From IMG/VR virus record IMGVR_UViG_3300046501_000246: 64,000 nucleotides of DNA. One strand, 5' to 3'. The notes under the pieces were generated by a model. That model ran no database searches. It saw only the letters and a program-made list of their open reading frames with translations, and was not told where the DNA came from. Source of the stretch: a virus. Positions 17,551 to 27,684 of this stretch are shown here, piece after piece (within the stretch, counting starts at the first letter, position 1; the number at the start of each line of letters is the position of its first letter). The position numbers and the translations under genes were made by a program.

Positions 17551-17871
17551 TTAGTCGTTTTGTTGTTCCAGATATTCGCGCCGTGTTGCCACGGAAACAT
17601 GAATTGCGGAGTGATAGTTTCCCTTTGTTCCATAGGGCAGAACATTAGGATAGAAAGACGGTTTTTCCTTCTTTGCCTCGCGCCACATATGAGCGGCAAG
17701 CGCAGCAACGCCTTTCTTGTTTGCGCCAATGAATCCAGCCTCACGAATATCGCGCGCTTCCCATTCAATCGCGTTTTTCAATTCGCGCCTTGTGTCGCAC
17801 TTGATAACATTAACGCTATCTGGCATGTAACAGCCACGCAAGCCTTGCATTACGGTAAAATACTTTGCCAT
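17551..17871 (-). CDS. early hypothetical protein (106 aa)
   Basis: AAGGAGCTAGGGCA RBS. Confidence 0.72.
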   Translation of the reverse strand: MAKYFTVMQGLRGCYMPDSVNVIKCDTRRELKNAIEWEARDIREAGFIGANKKGVAALAAHMWREAKKEKPSFYPNVLPYGTKGNYHSAIHVSVATRREYLEQQND

Positions 17872-17883
17872 TGCCCTAGCTCC

Positions 17884-18105
17884 TTAAGCCTTTTGGAACA
17901 ATTTAATTTCCGCTGCATAATAGAAAATGTCGTCGTTTTCGTAGTTCTCAGAAACGACGGCATATTGAGTAATTCCATCCTTAACAAATTCGTTGTCAAG
18001 AATGCCTACCCAACCTTCATTTTTTGGCCAACCATTATCAACGCCTTTTACGATCATGACATAATCGCCAATTTCGATTTTGTCGTTTTTAATCTTGCGA
18101 GCCAT
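17884..18105 (-). CDS. early hypothetical protein (73 aa, KOW/SH3-like IGD.V.IV)
   Basis: Downstream of cassette copy 3. Confidence 0.7.
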   Translation of the reverse strand: MARKIKNDKIEIGDYVMIVKGVDNGWPKNEGWVGILDNEFVKDGITQYAVVSENYENDDIFYYAAEIKLFQKA

Positions 18106-18120
18106 TTCCGTATTCCCTTG

Positions 18121-18163
18121 TTGACCATGTAAGGAACTTAAACGCTTTTCCTTACATGGTCAA
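18121..18163 (-). promoter_or_regulatory. 43-bp palindromic promoter cassette, copy 3
   Basis: Same 16-bp arms; spacer CTTAAACGCTT. Confidence 0.9.
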
Positions 18164-18167
18164 TAGC

Positions 18168-18966
18168 TTACTTCCAATTTTTTGCAGTTTCGCCATATGC
18201 CTTTTTGCCATAGGCAACGGCTTCATAACGACGCTTGAAAAGCTTTGCGCTGCATTCGCCTTCTGCATAGCAGTAGGAATCAGAGTTTGGAGTCATCCAA
18301 GCCAAACGCCAAAGGTCTGTCATAGTGTCGCGCTTCACATAAAGCACTGCCGACATGTCGGGCTGCAAACCGCGATTCTCAGTCATTTTGTAAGGCCGCA
18401 TTTCCGTTTCCTCTTGTTTCGATAATTCACAATGTCACGATTCTAAGCGACTTGCAAACGTTTTCTTACATGCCAGCCAAATTATTTTTGGCTTCATTCA
18501 TGACACTGAAAAGCGCGCGGCGCGTTCTGGTAAAGCTTGCCGGAACCGATACGCGATTAAGAAGGCCTAGAGCCTTGCACATCGCGTTGTAACGCGTTTC
18601 ATGGCAAACCGTACCATCTCGGCTTTCCTGCCAGCGCAGACGGCTTACAATGTCGCTGATTTCGTTTTTAATGAGAGTGTCACACATAGCGCTTTCCTCT
18701 TTCAAGCGTTTAAGAATGGCGCTCCATTGAGCGCCAAATTTAAAGGCTTAACCGGCTGCACTGTAAACGAATTCATGAGGATGGCCGCCATAAACGAGCA
18801 CGTGGTAAATATGCTTGTGCTTAAGCGCTACATCTTCCGAAAGCGAAAGCTTGGAACGGATAAACGACTTTGCGTTTTCCAATCCGCCGTAAATGAATTG
18901 TGTCTTCATTCCGCCTCCGTGCGTTTCAGGAAGATGAATTTCCACAATGTGAGAAGGCGTTGCCAT
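18168..18966 (-). other. three small early hypothetical genes (18168-18401, 18466-18705, 18748-18966)
   Basis: Co-oriented, each with an SD-like RBS. Confidence 0.65.
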
Positions 18967-18982
18967 TTCCGTATTTCCTTTG

Positions 18983-19025
18983 TTGACCATGTAAGGAACT
19001 TAAACGCTTTTCCTTACATGGTCAA
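18983..19025 (-). promoter_or_regulatory. 43-bp palindromic promoter cassette, copy 4
   Basis: Identical to copy 3. Confidence 0.9.
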
Positions 19026-19039
19026 TAGGCTTTTTTAAT

Positions 19040-19626
19040 TTAACGGATTTCTACCTCATTTTCTCGTTTCGGCAAATCCTTGTAAGGGAATATGGTAGGC
19101 AAATATTGGTCGCGGTAGCGTTCTACGCCGCGTTTGCCTGTTACAATGGCGCGACCGTAGCGCCGCGCCTCGGCACGCAACTTGACGCCATTGTCACCAT
19201 AGAAGGTCTCGATATGGTACAAGCAACGTTCATCGGGATAAGCCGTTGATTGTGTGATAATCACGGCATAGGCGGCGCGACAAAAACGCGGATATCCTTT
19301 GACAACTTCAAACTGAAAATCCGTTCTGCTATGGACTCTTGCCATTGTCTTTATTCCTCAGTTGCACAAAGTGTTTTGACTTTGTTAATCGCTGATTCTT
19401 TGCTGCTAGCCTCAACATAGGCGCACCATACGCCGCCGCGAGTCCAAACCGCAAACACTCTGCTATGTCCCCAATATGCGCCGCCTTTGTCGTAATAGCC
19501 ATCGCCGCCGCAATGTCTGGCATACAATTTCCCGTAGCCATCCCACGAGTCAGCGTTATGGCCATGCCGCCCCATTGGCGCACCATAGCGGCAATTGAGA
19601 TTTTTGAATGGATCAAATTTCGCCAT
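19040..19626 (-). other. two early hypothetical genes (19040-19345, 19351-19626)
   Basis: Co-oriented with GAGG/AGGAG RBS; the second carries a CRYGAPMGR motif. Confidence 0.68.
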
Positions 19627-19774
19627 TAGCTCGACTCCTTGTTTCGATAATCACAATGTAAGGAAAAACAAAACGCTAGTCAACTGTAATTTTTAAAATA
19701 ATTTGCCGCTTTTTGTTCCACATATGTTCCGTTTTAAAAATATTGCAGGTTCGCCGTTCCCATCCCACGGATTG

Positions 19775-19806
19775 AAAAAAGACTAGCGCGATTCGTCGCG
19801 CTAGTC
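19775..19806 (-). terminator. intrinsic terminator
   Basis: GACTAGCGCGA/TCGCGCTAGTC 11-bp stem followed by a U-tract on the minus strand. Confidence 0.8.
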
Positions 19807-19979
19807 AAATTAAATTTTTCAATTAACCAAAATAGCGGCATATGTCGCGCCAAACAAACGCGTCACATGATTGCGTAACGTTGCTCTAGCTGCGCTATCC
19901 ATAACGCCTATCCTGTTACGATATGCATTGACATAGATAGCAGCATTTTCCAAGATATGCGGATTCATTACCTAGCTCC

Positions 19980-22297
19980 TCAAAGCTCTACTGTTATCGA
20001 ACGATTATGACGCGTTGCCATAAGAGCGGATTTCACAAACATGGTTTGTGCGTTAATCATCACGTTACGGGTGAATTCCCGATAGGAAACGGCACGCTTG
20101 TTGCCAATTACAGCACAACGCAATTCCGCTCCTTTCCAAGTCTTTACGTCTTTAAAAAACTCCCGCCTTGTCATCTGCTTAGCTCCTTAAAGCCCTAGTG
20201 CTGATTTGATTGCTTCATATCTATAGCAAAGACCGGCAAGGCTTGCAATAGAGAAAATCAAAGTTATAAAAATTAAGCAATAGCACATCATTATTTCGGC
20301 GTTACGTTTCGCGATGAATTCGAACGCGTCAAGATTGATTTCCTTGACAACGTTTTTCGAATTAATTTGAGAAACGTTATTGCGACGGTTTGTCATGGCT
20401 TTATCCCTCATAGCGTGATTGCTATGAGGGATAATATAGCGGCAAGGTATGAAGGAAAGGTTAACGTGCAAGAGTGAAGACAACGGAATCGTTCGCCAGC
20501 AATTCTTCCAATGGGCAACGGATTTGATAATCCGCGTAATACCAAAAATCGCCTTCAATTGTTTGCGTCCCATCGTCTTCATAATCCATGCACTCGGCTA
20601 TGCATGGCGCGTTTGTCAATCCGACGAATGGATTCCCGTCGCCAGCGTCGAAAGGCGTGTAAGAGCCGTTGCAGGAGTAGGATTCGAACAAGTCGCAAAG
20701 AATGCTCCAAAATTCCCTTGCGCCTTCCATGGCGTCAATCAATTCTTCGCGGCTATCATTGTCCGAAAGAGTAATATTCAAATCGCCATTGGCGAGTCGA
20801 GTGCAAGTTACGTCCATTAGCTTTGCTCCTTAATCGCTGCATCGATGAAAGCTTTTGCTTGATCGATTGCATCAAGCATATCGGCTTGTTCGCAGATGAA
20901 AAGAGGCGAATTGCTTTCACCATTGAAGACGGCAAGCCATGGCCTTTGTGGATTAGAGTCAGTCGAAAGGCTTATTTCATAGCCTTTGTAATCAAACTTG
21001 ACGCAAGCATTGATTGGCTTGGCAGTCGGAATGTGCAGGACTCTCATTGGCCTAACTCCTTTAGGCGTTTCGATTAATGTTGCTCAAACTTGTTTGAACA
21101 ACATTTCCTTACATTGAACCTATTAAAGATTCAAGTCAAGTCTTTTTATAACTTTCTGCGATTGATCCAGTAGGATCAAAAAACATAACCATCAACCGGA
21201 TTCCAAGAATATGTAACGGTATAGTCTAATTCACCGTCCCATGCTCTTACTTCACACAAACCGAAACATTGCGTTTCGCGCCGGACTCCTCTTAAAGTCC
21301 AACTAATCGTTTCATTGGCAAATGTGTATGCCAAGCCGTTTTTATCAATTCCGAAGATTATATAATATATCATGACAAAAATTCCCGCTTCACAAAGTTT
21401 TTCAACTTTGCATTGGAGCGCAACTGTATATCAGTTTCGGGATTCCACCCGTTAGGATTTTCATCTTCGGCTTTGCCGATTTGGACACAACGCGACATTC
21501 TATCATCCAAGCCATGATAGAATTTGAACGCGTCAACAATATCAGCGCGCGTTGCGGTTTCGGGCGTCAAGCCGCAAGACGCAAGCGCACTCTTGAGCTT
21601 TGCCGCGTCATCGATAGGCAAATAGATATTGCCCCATTCAATGACGAATTTGTTATCCGCGCCGCCTGCATCACTACAAGGGATAACATCAACACAAAGA
21701 ACATAATCCTCTGCATCGTCTTCTTTCCAGAAATACCCGCCGTAACGCAAGTCAGTATCACCCAAATAATTCCAGCGATGTTTTGTCATGGCCTTAGCTC
21801 CTGTTTAATCTTTCCTTACATTGAACCTATTAAAGATTCAAGTCAAGCGCTATTCTTCACTTTCTAGATAAAAATCAAACGATTTCCAGCAAGAACCGGT
21901 CGCCTCTTTAGTGTGGCGCGTCTCAGCGTAATATTCAGCGCAACCGCGATAAATATAGCCATTAGGCGTTGCAATCGTTACGTCGTTTGCCATGGCCCAT
22001 TTCCTGCAATGGAATTCAGGATCAATTGACTCGTTTGGCGCAAGGCGGCGCAACAATTCCTGAGTCCCGCTTTGATTGTGATAGATCGAAATGAACATGG
22101 TCTTAGCTCCTAAGCTTCAAACGTTTGCTGCATTCCTCGCAAGTAACGCGTTCAACAAGTAGCGTTCCCTTGGCGTGGAAATTGCCAGTCCTGCAAAGCT
22201 TTTCAGGACATGCCAGCCAATCGCTATGGCATTTATAGCCTACATTGGCGCGATATTCTTCATAGGTCATTTCGTAGTGTACTGACGTATCAGGCAT
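19980..22297 (-). other. array of small early genes (19980-20174, ~20187-20396, 20461-20817, 20817-21047, 21176-21373, 21370-21789, 21850-22098, 22103-22297)
   Basis: Co-oriented; recurrent AGGAGCTAAG RBS; a 37-bp promoter duplicated at 21104-21140 and 21811-21847. Confidence 0.7.
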
Positions 22298-22319
22298 GGT
22301 TTGCGCTCCTTAAGCGTTA

Positions 22320-22345
22320 AAGAATCCTGCCCCTATAGGGCAGGA
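22320..22345 (-). terminator. intrinsic terminator
   Basis: CCTGCCC/GGGCAGG stem after the acidic ORF. Confidence 0.7.
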
Positions 22346-22356
22346 AATTTTAAGGC

Positions 22357-22599
22357 TTAATATTCATTCCGCTCCGCTATTTTGACGCGGCGTTTTTCCT
22401 CCCAATCTTCTAACGCCGCTTCATCTTCATATGTCCATTCCGGTTCTGGAATGTCGAATTCCTGCCAATCGTCCAAACATTCAATGTCGTATTCATCCGA
22501 CGCCCAATCAATAGCCGCGTCAAACTTCTCCGCATCTAAAGATTGCTGATAAAGAAAATCCAATTCTTCAGGCGACATTGTGCTAGACGCGAAAGCCAT
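22357..22599 (-). CDS. highly acidic small protein (80 aa)
   Basis: Own promoter TTGACG-N17-TATGTT, AAGGAG RBS and terminator; very D/E- and W-rich. Confidence 0.75.
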   Translation of the reverse strand: MAFASSTMSPEELDFLYQQSLDAEKFDAAIDWASDEYDIECLDDWQEFDIPEPEWTYEDEAALEDWEEKRRVKIAERNEY

Positions 22600-22690
22600 G
22601 GCCCAAACTCCTTAAGGCGTTGATTGACTGTGACCTAAACATATTCTTACATTCGGGAAACGTCAAGAGGCTTTTTTGAATTTTTTTATT

Positions 22691-23284
22691 TTACCCGAAT
22701 CGCGTTCCATCTGCCGTAAACGTATAGCCATTAGCGATTATAGATTCTTCCACTACCTCTTGACTTGTCAAATAATCGTGGTCGCGTTCCAGTTGATTGT
22801 AAATCCAGTCCATGAAATCCCGCAACGTTTCGGAGATTGATTCATCGATATCTGATTCAGCCCAATCGCTTTGATTGAAGACGTGAATCGAAGTGCAACG
22901 GGAATGATAGTAATGGCCGCTATGTGTCACCTTAGCAGAAAGGCGATAGAACGCCTTACGTTGCGTTTCCTGCAAAGCCCTAGCAATGCGCGGCAATGTT
23001 TCATCTTGCGGCGCATAGTCGGCTACGGCCTTAACAGCGCCTTTTGCATATTCGTAACTACCTTCAAAGCAAGCTCCATCGCCTTGCGAGCTAAAGCCTG
23101 TAAAATAGATTTTGTCGATTGTGATTCCCATAAGAGCGCCAACGGTTTTGGCGTCTTCATAGACTGCATCAAACCAATCATCATGTAGCGCGCCAGCCTG
23201 ATAAAACCAATCTCTTGCCCTGTTCTTTGCCGACTCGCTTAATTCATTGTATGTGAAAACCGTTGTCTCGATTGTTTCCGGCAT
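22691..23284 (-). CDS. conserved-looking early protein (197 aa, YFTGFSSQGDGACF motif)
   Basis: AGGAGCTAAGGCA RBS; function not assignable. Confidence 0.75.
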   Translation of the reverse strand: MPETIETTVFTYNELSESAKNRARDWFYQAGALHDDWFDAVYEDAKTVGALMGITIDKIYFTGFSSQGDGACFEGSYEYAKGAVKAVADYAPQDETLPRIARALQETQRKAFYRLSAKVTHSGHYYHSRCTSIHVFNQSDWAESDIDESISETLRDFMDWIYNQLERDHDYLTSQEVVEESIIANGYTFTADGTRFG

Positions 23285-23432
23285 TGCCTTAGCTCCTATG
23301 TGAAACGTGCTCCATTGCAGTCAACTTAGATGTAATAAAAAGTATGGTCAAGAGTGAATTTTAATTTTTTATATATTGACTTTATATAAAATGTATGGTA
23401 CACTTTATTTTTTGTCAAATTTGAGAAATGTT

Positions 23433-23990
23433 ATGAATTTACCTAAGCCTTTACCAAACATTGAAACTTTGTACGACTTGTTAGAATTGAAAGAGGATTT
23501 TACTTTATATTGGAAAGTAAGACCTGTAAAATATTTTGCTGGAAACAATCCAGAGTTAGCCGCGAAGCGCTACAATAGCAGAGATGCAGGAAAGCCCGCA
23601 TTTGATACTATAAGCTCGAAAGGTTATTTGCACGGTCATATATTTAAAGAGCAATACTTAACGCATAGAATTATCTGGAAAATGATTCATGGTTACGATC
23701 CTCAATATATTGACCATATAGACGGAAATCCTTTAAACAATCATATAGACAATTTGAGGGATGTAACGTTTAGTGAAAATATGAAAAACCAAAAAATTAA
23801 ACGAGAAAATCCTAGTAAAGTCATGGGGGTTTCATTAAGGAAAGATTTAATTTCAAAGCCTTGGCGCGCCGTTATTGGTATTGATGGTAAATCTAAAACT
23901 ATTGGATATTTTTCTTCTAAAGAAGAGGCTATTGCAGCAAGAAAAGCCGCTGAGATTATCAACGGCTTTCATGTCAATCATGGCAGGTAA
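23433..23990 (+). CDS. HNH homing endonuclease with C-terminal AP2-like domain
   Basis: HRIIW...IDHIDGNPLNN..DNLR.VT..EN and W.A.I..DGK...IGYF...EEA..AR..AE. The ORF-track TTG at 23376 is the -35 of its own promoter (TTGACT-N17-TACACT). Confidence 0.92.
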   Translation: MNLPKPLPNIETLYDLLELKEDFTLYWKVRPVKYFAGNNPELAAKRYNSRDAGKPAFDTISSKGYLHGHIFKEQYLTHRIIWKMIHGYDPQYIDHIDGNPLNNHIDNLRDVTFSENMKNQKIKRENPSKVMGVSLRKDLISKPWRAVIGIDGKSKTIGYFSSKEEAIAARKAAEIINGFHVNHGR

Positions 23991-23992
23991 GG

Positions 23993-24211
23993 TTATTCGA
24001 CCTTTGCAATCAAGCCGTCGCGCATCGTGACCTTTGCGAAAAATTCCCTGCCGCCGATATGCGGATTGATTGCCGGTCTATGCGCCACAACGAAAGAGCC
24101 ATTGGCTTTGAATTCTTCGCCAAACATAGATGTTTCGCGATACTTAAGCGGCTTGCCCGTCGCCTCTTTAAGCTCTTTCTTGCTCTTGTAGCCAGTTACC
24201 AAAAGTGTCAT
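23993..24211 (-). CDS. small conserved-looking phage protein (Y.SKKELKE..G..L.Y.ETS.FG.E)
   Basis: GAGGAG RBS; start reassigned to MTLLV. Confidence 0.75.
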   Translation of the reverse strand: MTLLVTGYKSKKELKEATGKPLKYRETSMFGEEFKANGSFVVAHRPAINPHIGGREFFAKVTMRDGLIAKVE

Positions 24212-24422
24212 GCCGTTTGCTCCTCTTGTTGATGCATACATAATGACATGTAAGGAAACGGAGTCAAGCGGAAATCTTTATAAAAATAATTTTATTTCGT
24301 GCTATTTTTCTATTGACTACATGTCAGAATCATCATATTCTAAAAACAATTCAAAGACGCCGCAAAAGCCCGAAGGGCGGGGCCGAGGATGGGAACGGCG
24401 AACCTGCCCGCTTCAAAGAACG

Positions 24423-24563
24423 GAACATAGAGGGAACGAACCATGAACTGAAACAAAACGGGAACAAAGATATAACATTTAGGGAACAAAACTGTAACAA
24501 AAAGGGAACGGTGAAACAAATCGTGAACAAACCAAGAACGTGCCAAATGTTCTGGTTTTGTTC
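24423..24563. repeat. 11-bp-phased array of (G/T/A)AAC half-sites forming GAAC-N7-GAAC boxes
   Basis: NAAC at 24423/34/45/56; 24451/62/73/84/95/506; 24514/25/36; GTTC at 24549/60. Confidence 0.85.
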
Positions 24564-25107
24564 CCCTCGATTCATAGAAATTTTTGAAATAATTTTAAAT
24601 AAAATTGAAACGCTGGCGTGCCAAAAATCGCCGGTTCGCGCCAGAAAAAATGGGACATTGTGATGAGGGAAAAATGGACTCTCGTGATAAAAAAATTACG
24701 AGTCTGTGATGAATGAAAAAACCGGCTCTCTCGATCCGCGTGATGCGATAAGGAGGATCGCGTCATGGGAGAGATGAGCCGGTTCTTAGCAGCATTTGGT
24801 AAAGAGGTTGAAACCAAATGCTGTTTCTGCGATAAAGATTAAAAATGATGCCACGTTCTAGGTGTATGAAGAGAAAGAGGTTACAAATCCAACATAGCAG
24901 GGCTTTAACCTGCGCACCAATTATGATTGAAAGTCTGTTAGGTTCGCCACCGTCAAGCCGCTTGTTGCAGTTCACGGCTTCCTAGAAATTGAACCATCAT
25001 CATCTCATACGATGCCTCTATGACTCGTTACAATCACTAATGCTGCAAACATTAGTTAGAGGTTCGTTCCAATCATGCCACTTGTGTACTTGACCTAAAT
25101 GATTCTG

Positions 25108-25564
25108 TCAAGCGTTAATTTTCGAAACGCGTCTCGCTTCGAATTCAGGATCGTTTACCGTCTCGCCACTGAGCCGAACCGCGACACGACGCACGGTGCA
25201 GTGTTCAGCGCCGGGATACTCCTTGAAGAAGTCTCGTGTTGCCTGTTTGATCTCCCGGTACGGCTTAGTTACTCTGATTGCGCCACCAGTAATGCCAAAC
25301 GCGACATATTTGTTGTAAATCATCTTTTGTTCTCCCATAGATTAGCAAATCCTAAATCGTGATTTTTCTGTGTGACAAGTAGGCCCTTTCCAAATTTTCT
25401 GAGGGTCCCTGACCCTGACGAAATTTTTCATGGGTCCCTGCCTCGTCCATGACCTTATGGAACCTACCCCTAGCGAGCGAGCATGCCAGCACGACAAGCT
25501 CAGCCAGATCAAGGTCTGCCGTTTTGATGATAGTATTATTATCGCTGTCCCTCACTGAATACAT
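25108..25564 (-). other. two small hypothetical genes (25108-25338, 25352-25564)
   Basis: Co-oriented; SD-like sequences. Confidence 0.55.
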
Positions 25565-25667
25565 TGGTCAACTCCCCCAAATACTGTTCTTCCAATTAAT
25601 TGGAGGAACAATGCCACTATGAGTCGTTTTAACATATGTTAGATGTAAGGTAAAGTGAAAATCATAG

Positions 25668-25696
25668 AAAAAGTCCGGTGGATTACTCTACCGGAC
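25668..25696 (-). terminator. intrinsic terminator
   Basis: GTCCGGT/ACCGGAC stem plus U-tract. Confidence 0.75.
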
Positions 25697-25735
25697 CTTG
25701 ACTTATTATATTGATTAACGCAGCGCCTGAGTGAT

Positions 25736-25987
25736 TCAAGCAACAGACTTCCAAGACTTGCTCAGGTTGATCAGCTGCTTGCCGCGAGCCGTTGCGCCAT
25801 AGACGATCTTCTTGCGGCCCCGAGTCGCGGCCTTAATAGCTTCCGTGGTAACGCGTTCCTTTTCAGCGATGTAGCCGAGGTCGATCAGTTCCTGTTTAAC
25901 CGCGTAAGGCACAACATCCTGATTGGTCAGGAGGGCCTTAAGCTGAGCCACGATGCCGGGGTTGGTGCGAAGTTCCTTGCGAGCCAT
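25736..25987 (-). CDS. small winged-helix-like DNA-binding protein (PadR/MarR-like wing)
   Basis: L.DLGYI...RGRKKIVY..T..G wing motif; monocistronic with TTGACG-N17-TAGATT promoter and AAAGGAG RBS. Confidence 0.6.
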   Translation of the reverse strand: MARKELRTNPGIVAQLKALLTNQDVVPYAVKQELIDLGYIAEKERVTTEAIKAATRGRKKIVYGATARGKQLINLSKSWKSVA

Positions 25988-26102
25988 GATGTAATCTCCT
26001 TTTCAGTTGGTTGATGGACTTTCTTGTCCGTTTCAATGACCTTAATCTAGTATTCTTTTCTTACTTCGTCAAGCGGTATTTTTAAGTTTTGTAGATTATT
26101 TT

Positions 26103-27354
26103 TCAGTCTTCGAAAACAAATGAGTCCAGTTCCCGCTCATCTATCTCTGCGTAGACAAAGGACTCGTAACGAGTGTGACGATCTTCTTTATAATGCTCCT
26201 CGACCTTCCTTAGAGCTTTGACGGCCTTCTCATTGGAGGAGAATACACCATGATTTTTTGTCGTGTCGCAATATTCATTGCGGGTATAATGAGCAGTTAC
26301 GAGAAATATTTTCATTCTGCATCCTCCCCAATCGGATCACGTGTTTCGCTGCTATGGTGCCAGCCCCTGACACCATCACGTTCACGCCTAACGTAATATG
26401 AAGTCTCTCCGAAGCTGGTCTTATGATCGACAACGATGCCGTTCTCAAAATCCTTGGTAAGAGCATTCTTAACGCTCACTGAATCGCCAATCTTTCTCAT
26501 CAGAACCTCCTGCTTTTGTAGTCCATAATCTTTAATAAATTCACAATAAGCCGAGCGGAGTCCCCTGTCAAGGGGAATTGTAAGGAAAGTGCGAGAATAT
26601 TACATCGAAACTTGTAAGAAAATAAATTCAATAAAATCAACATACTTAGCATATTAGCTATATGTGAATAGGAAAACATTCAGGTGTCCTTTGTCCTAGG
26701 ACTGAGGACAGATAATATTTTCTTACAAGATTGATGACATGAAAAAGGCCAGCGGTAGGCTGGCCTAGGTTAAATTTTTAGTGGGTCCCTTAAACGGCAA
26801 GAAGTTCGATCACTACCACGTCCCATCCATCGTAAGGCGAGTGGATGAAATGTATAGACGTAACTCTGCCTACTTTATCGGGGATAGAAACTGTTGATCC
26901 AATAGGCGGGATCACAGGTGAATGCATTGTGAAATCTTTTTCGGTATGAACGGTATTGTCCCACCATTTGAATTTGATTGTCTGATCCATTTTGTCTCCT
27001 TCGTTATTCATATTAGAGAGATGTGAAGTGGGAAGCTCACATTTTTTAAAGTTGATTGTACTGCTGGATGGCTTCATCGAGCGTGGCGAATCCGCCAGTG
27101 TAAGAGCCGTGTGTGCCGGTCTGCTCGACACGATACATAAAGTCATTATCGTATGGAGAGAAGATGAGTGTGAGGGTCTTATTATCTTTTTCAGAACCGG
27201 CAAGCTGATGCTTCACCAAGTGCATAACGTAATTATTGATGTGAACTGTGTGTGCCATACAAATTCTCCTTTTCGAGTAAGAAATCAATTGTTTAAACTT
27301 TATAATTTGAATGTAAGAAAATGTAAAAGCCTTGTCAAGCCCTCGTTGCGCCAA
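26103..27354 (-). other. four small hypothetical genes (26103-26315, 26312-26500, ~26790-26990, ~27046-27260)
   Basis: Co-oriented with AGGAG RBS; terminator hairpin at 26742-26766. Confidence 0.6.
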
Positions 27355-27684
27355 TTTTCAATTATTTTTTGATTTAAATTGAAGTTTAATTTTTAAAAAA
27401 TTCCAAATAATGGAACATATAGCTGGTTGGCTATGGATCGAGCGCTTCAAACCTTCAAAAATTAGGGATTTTTAAAAGATAGCCTAAGAATCGGAGGAAA
27501 AAATGCGATTTTGTTTATAAAAATTAAAGCTTAACTTTTAAAAAATTTAAAATCGCGCAGGTAAAATCACATTAAATGTATCTTTGTAATTGGTGAAAGT
27601 TTGCACTGAGTGCAAAAATTTAGTGATTGACACGTATATTATAATGACTTAGATTGCAGGAAATAATTGTAAGGAGGTTTTGTC

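Noticed and set aside
5162-18132. Long alternative-frame/antisense ORFs such as 5162-5599, 12890-13264 and 17530-18132
   Set aside because: Shadows of well-supported genes; no RBS or recognisable motifs.
16874-19025. CRISPR array
   Set aside because: The repeats are separated by whole genes of 0.4-0.9 kb; there are no 30-40-nt spacers and no cas genes.
24313-24663. 116-aa ORF and the antisense ORFs over the AAC array
   Set aside because: Low-complexity by-product of the repeat array; no RBS.
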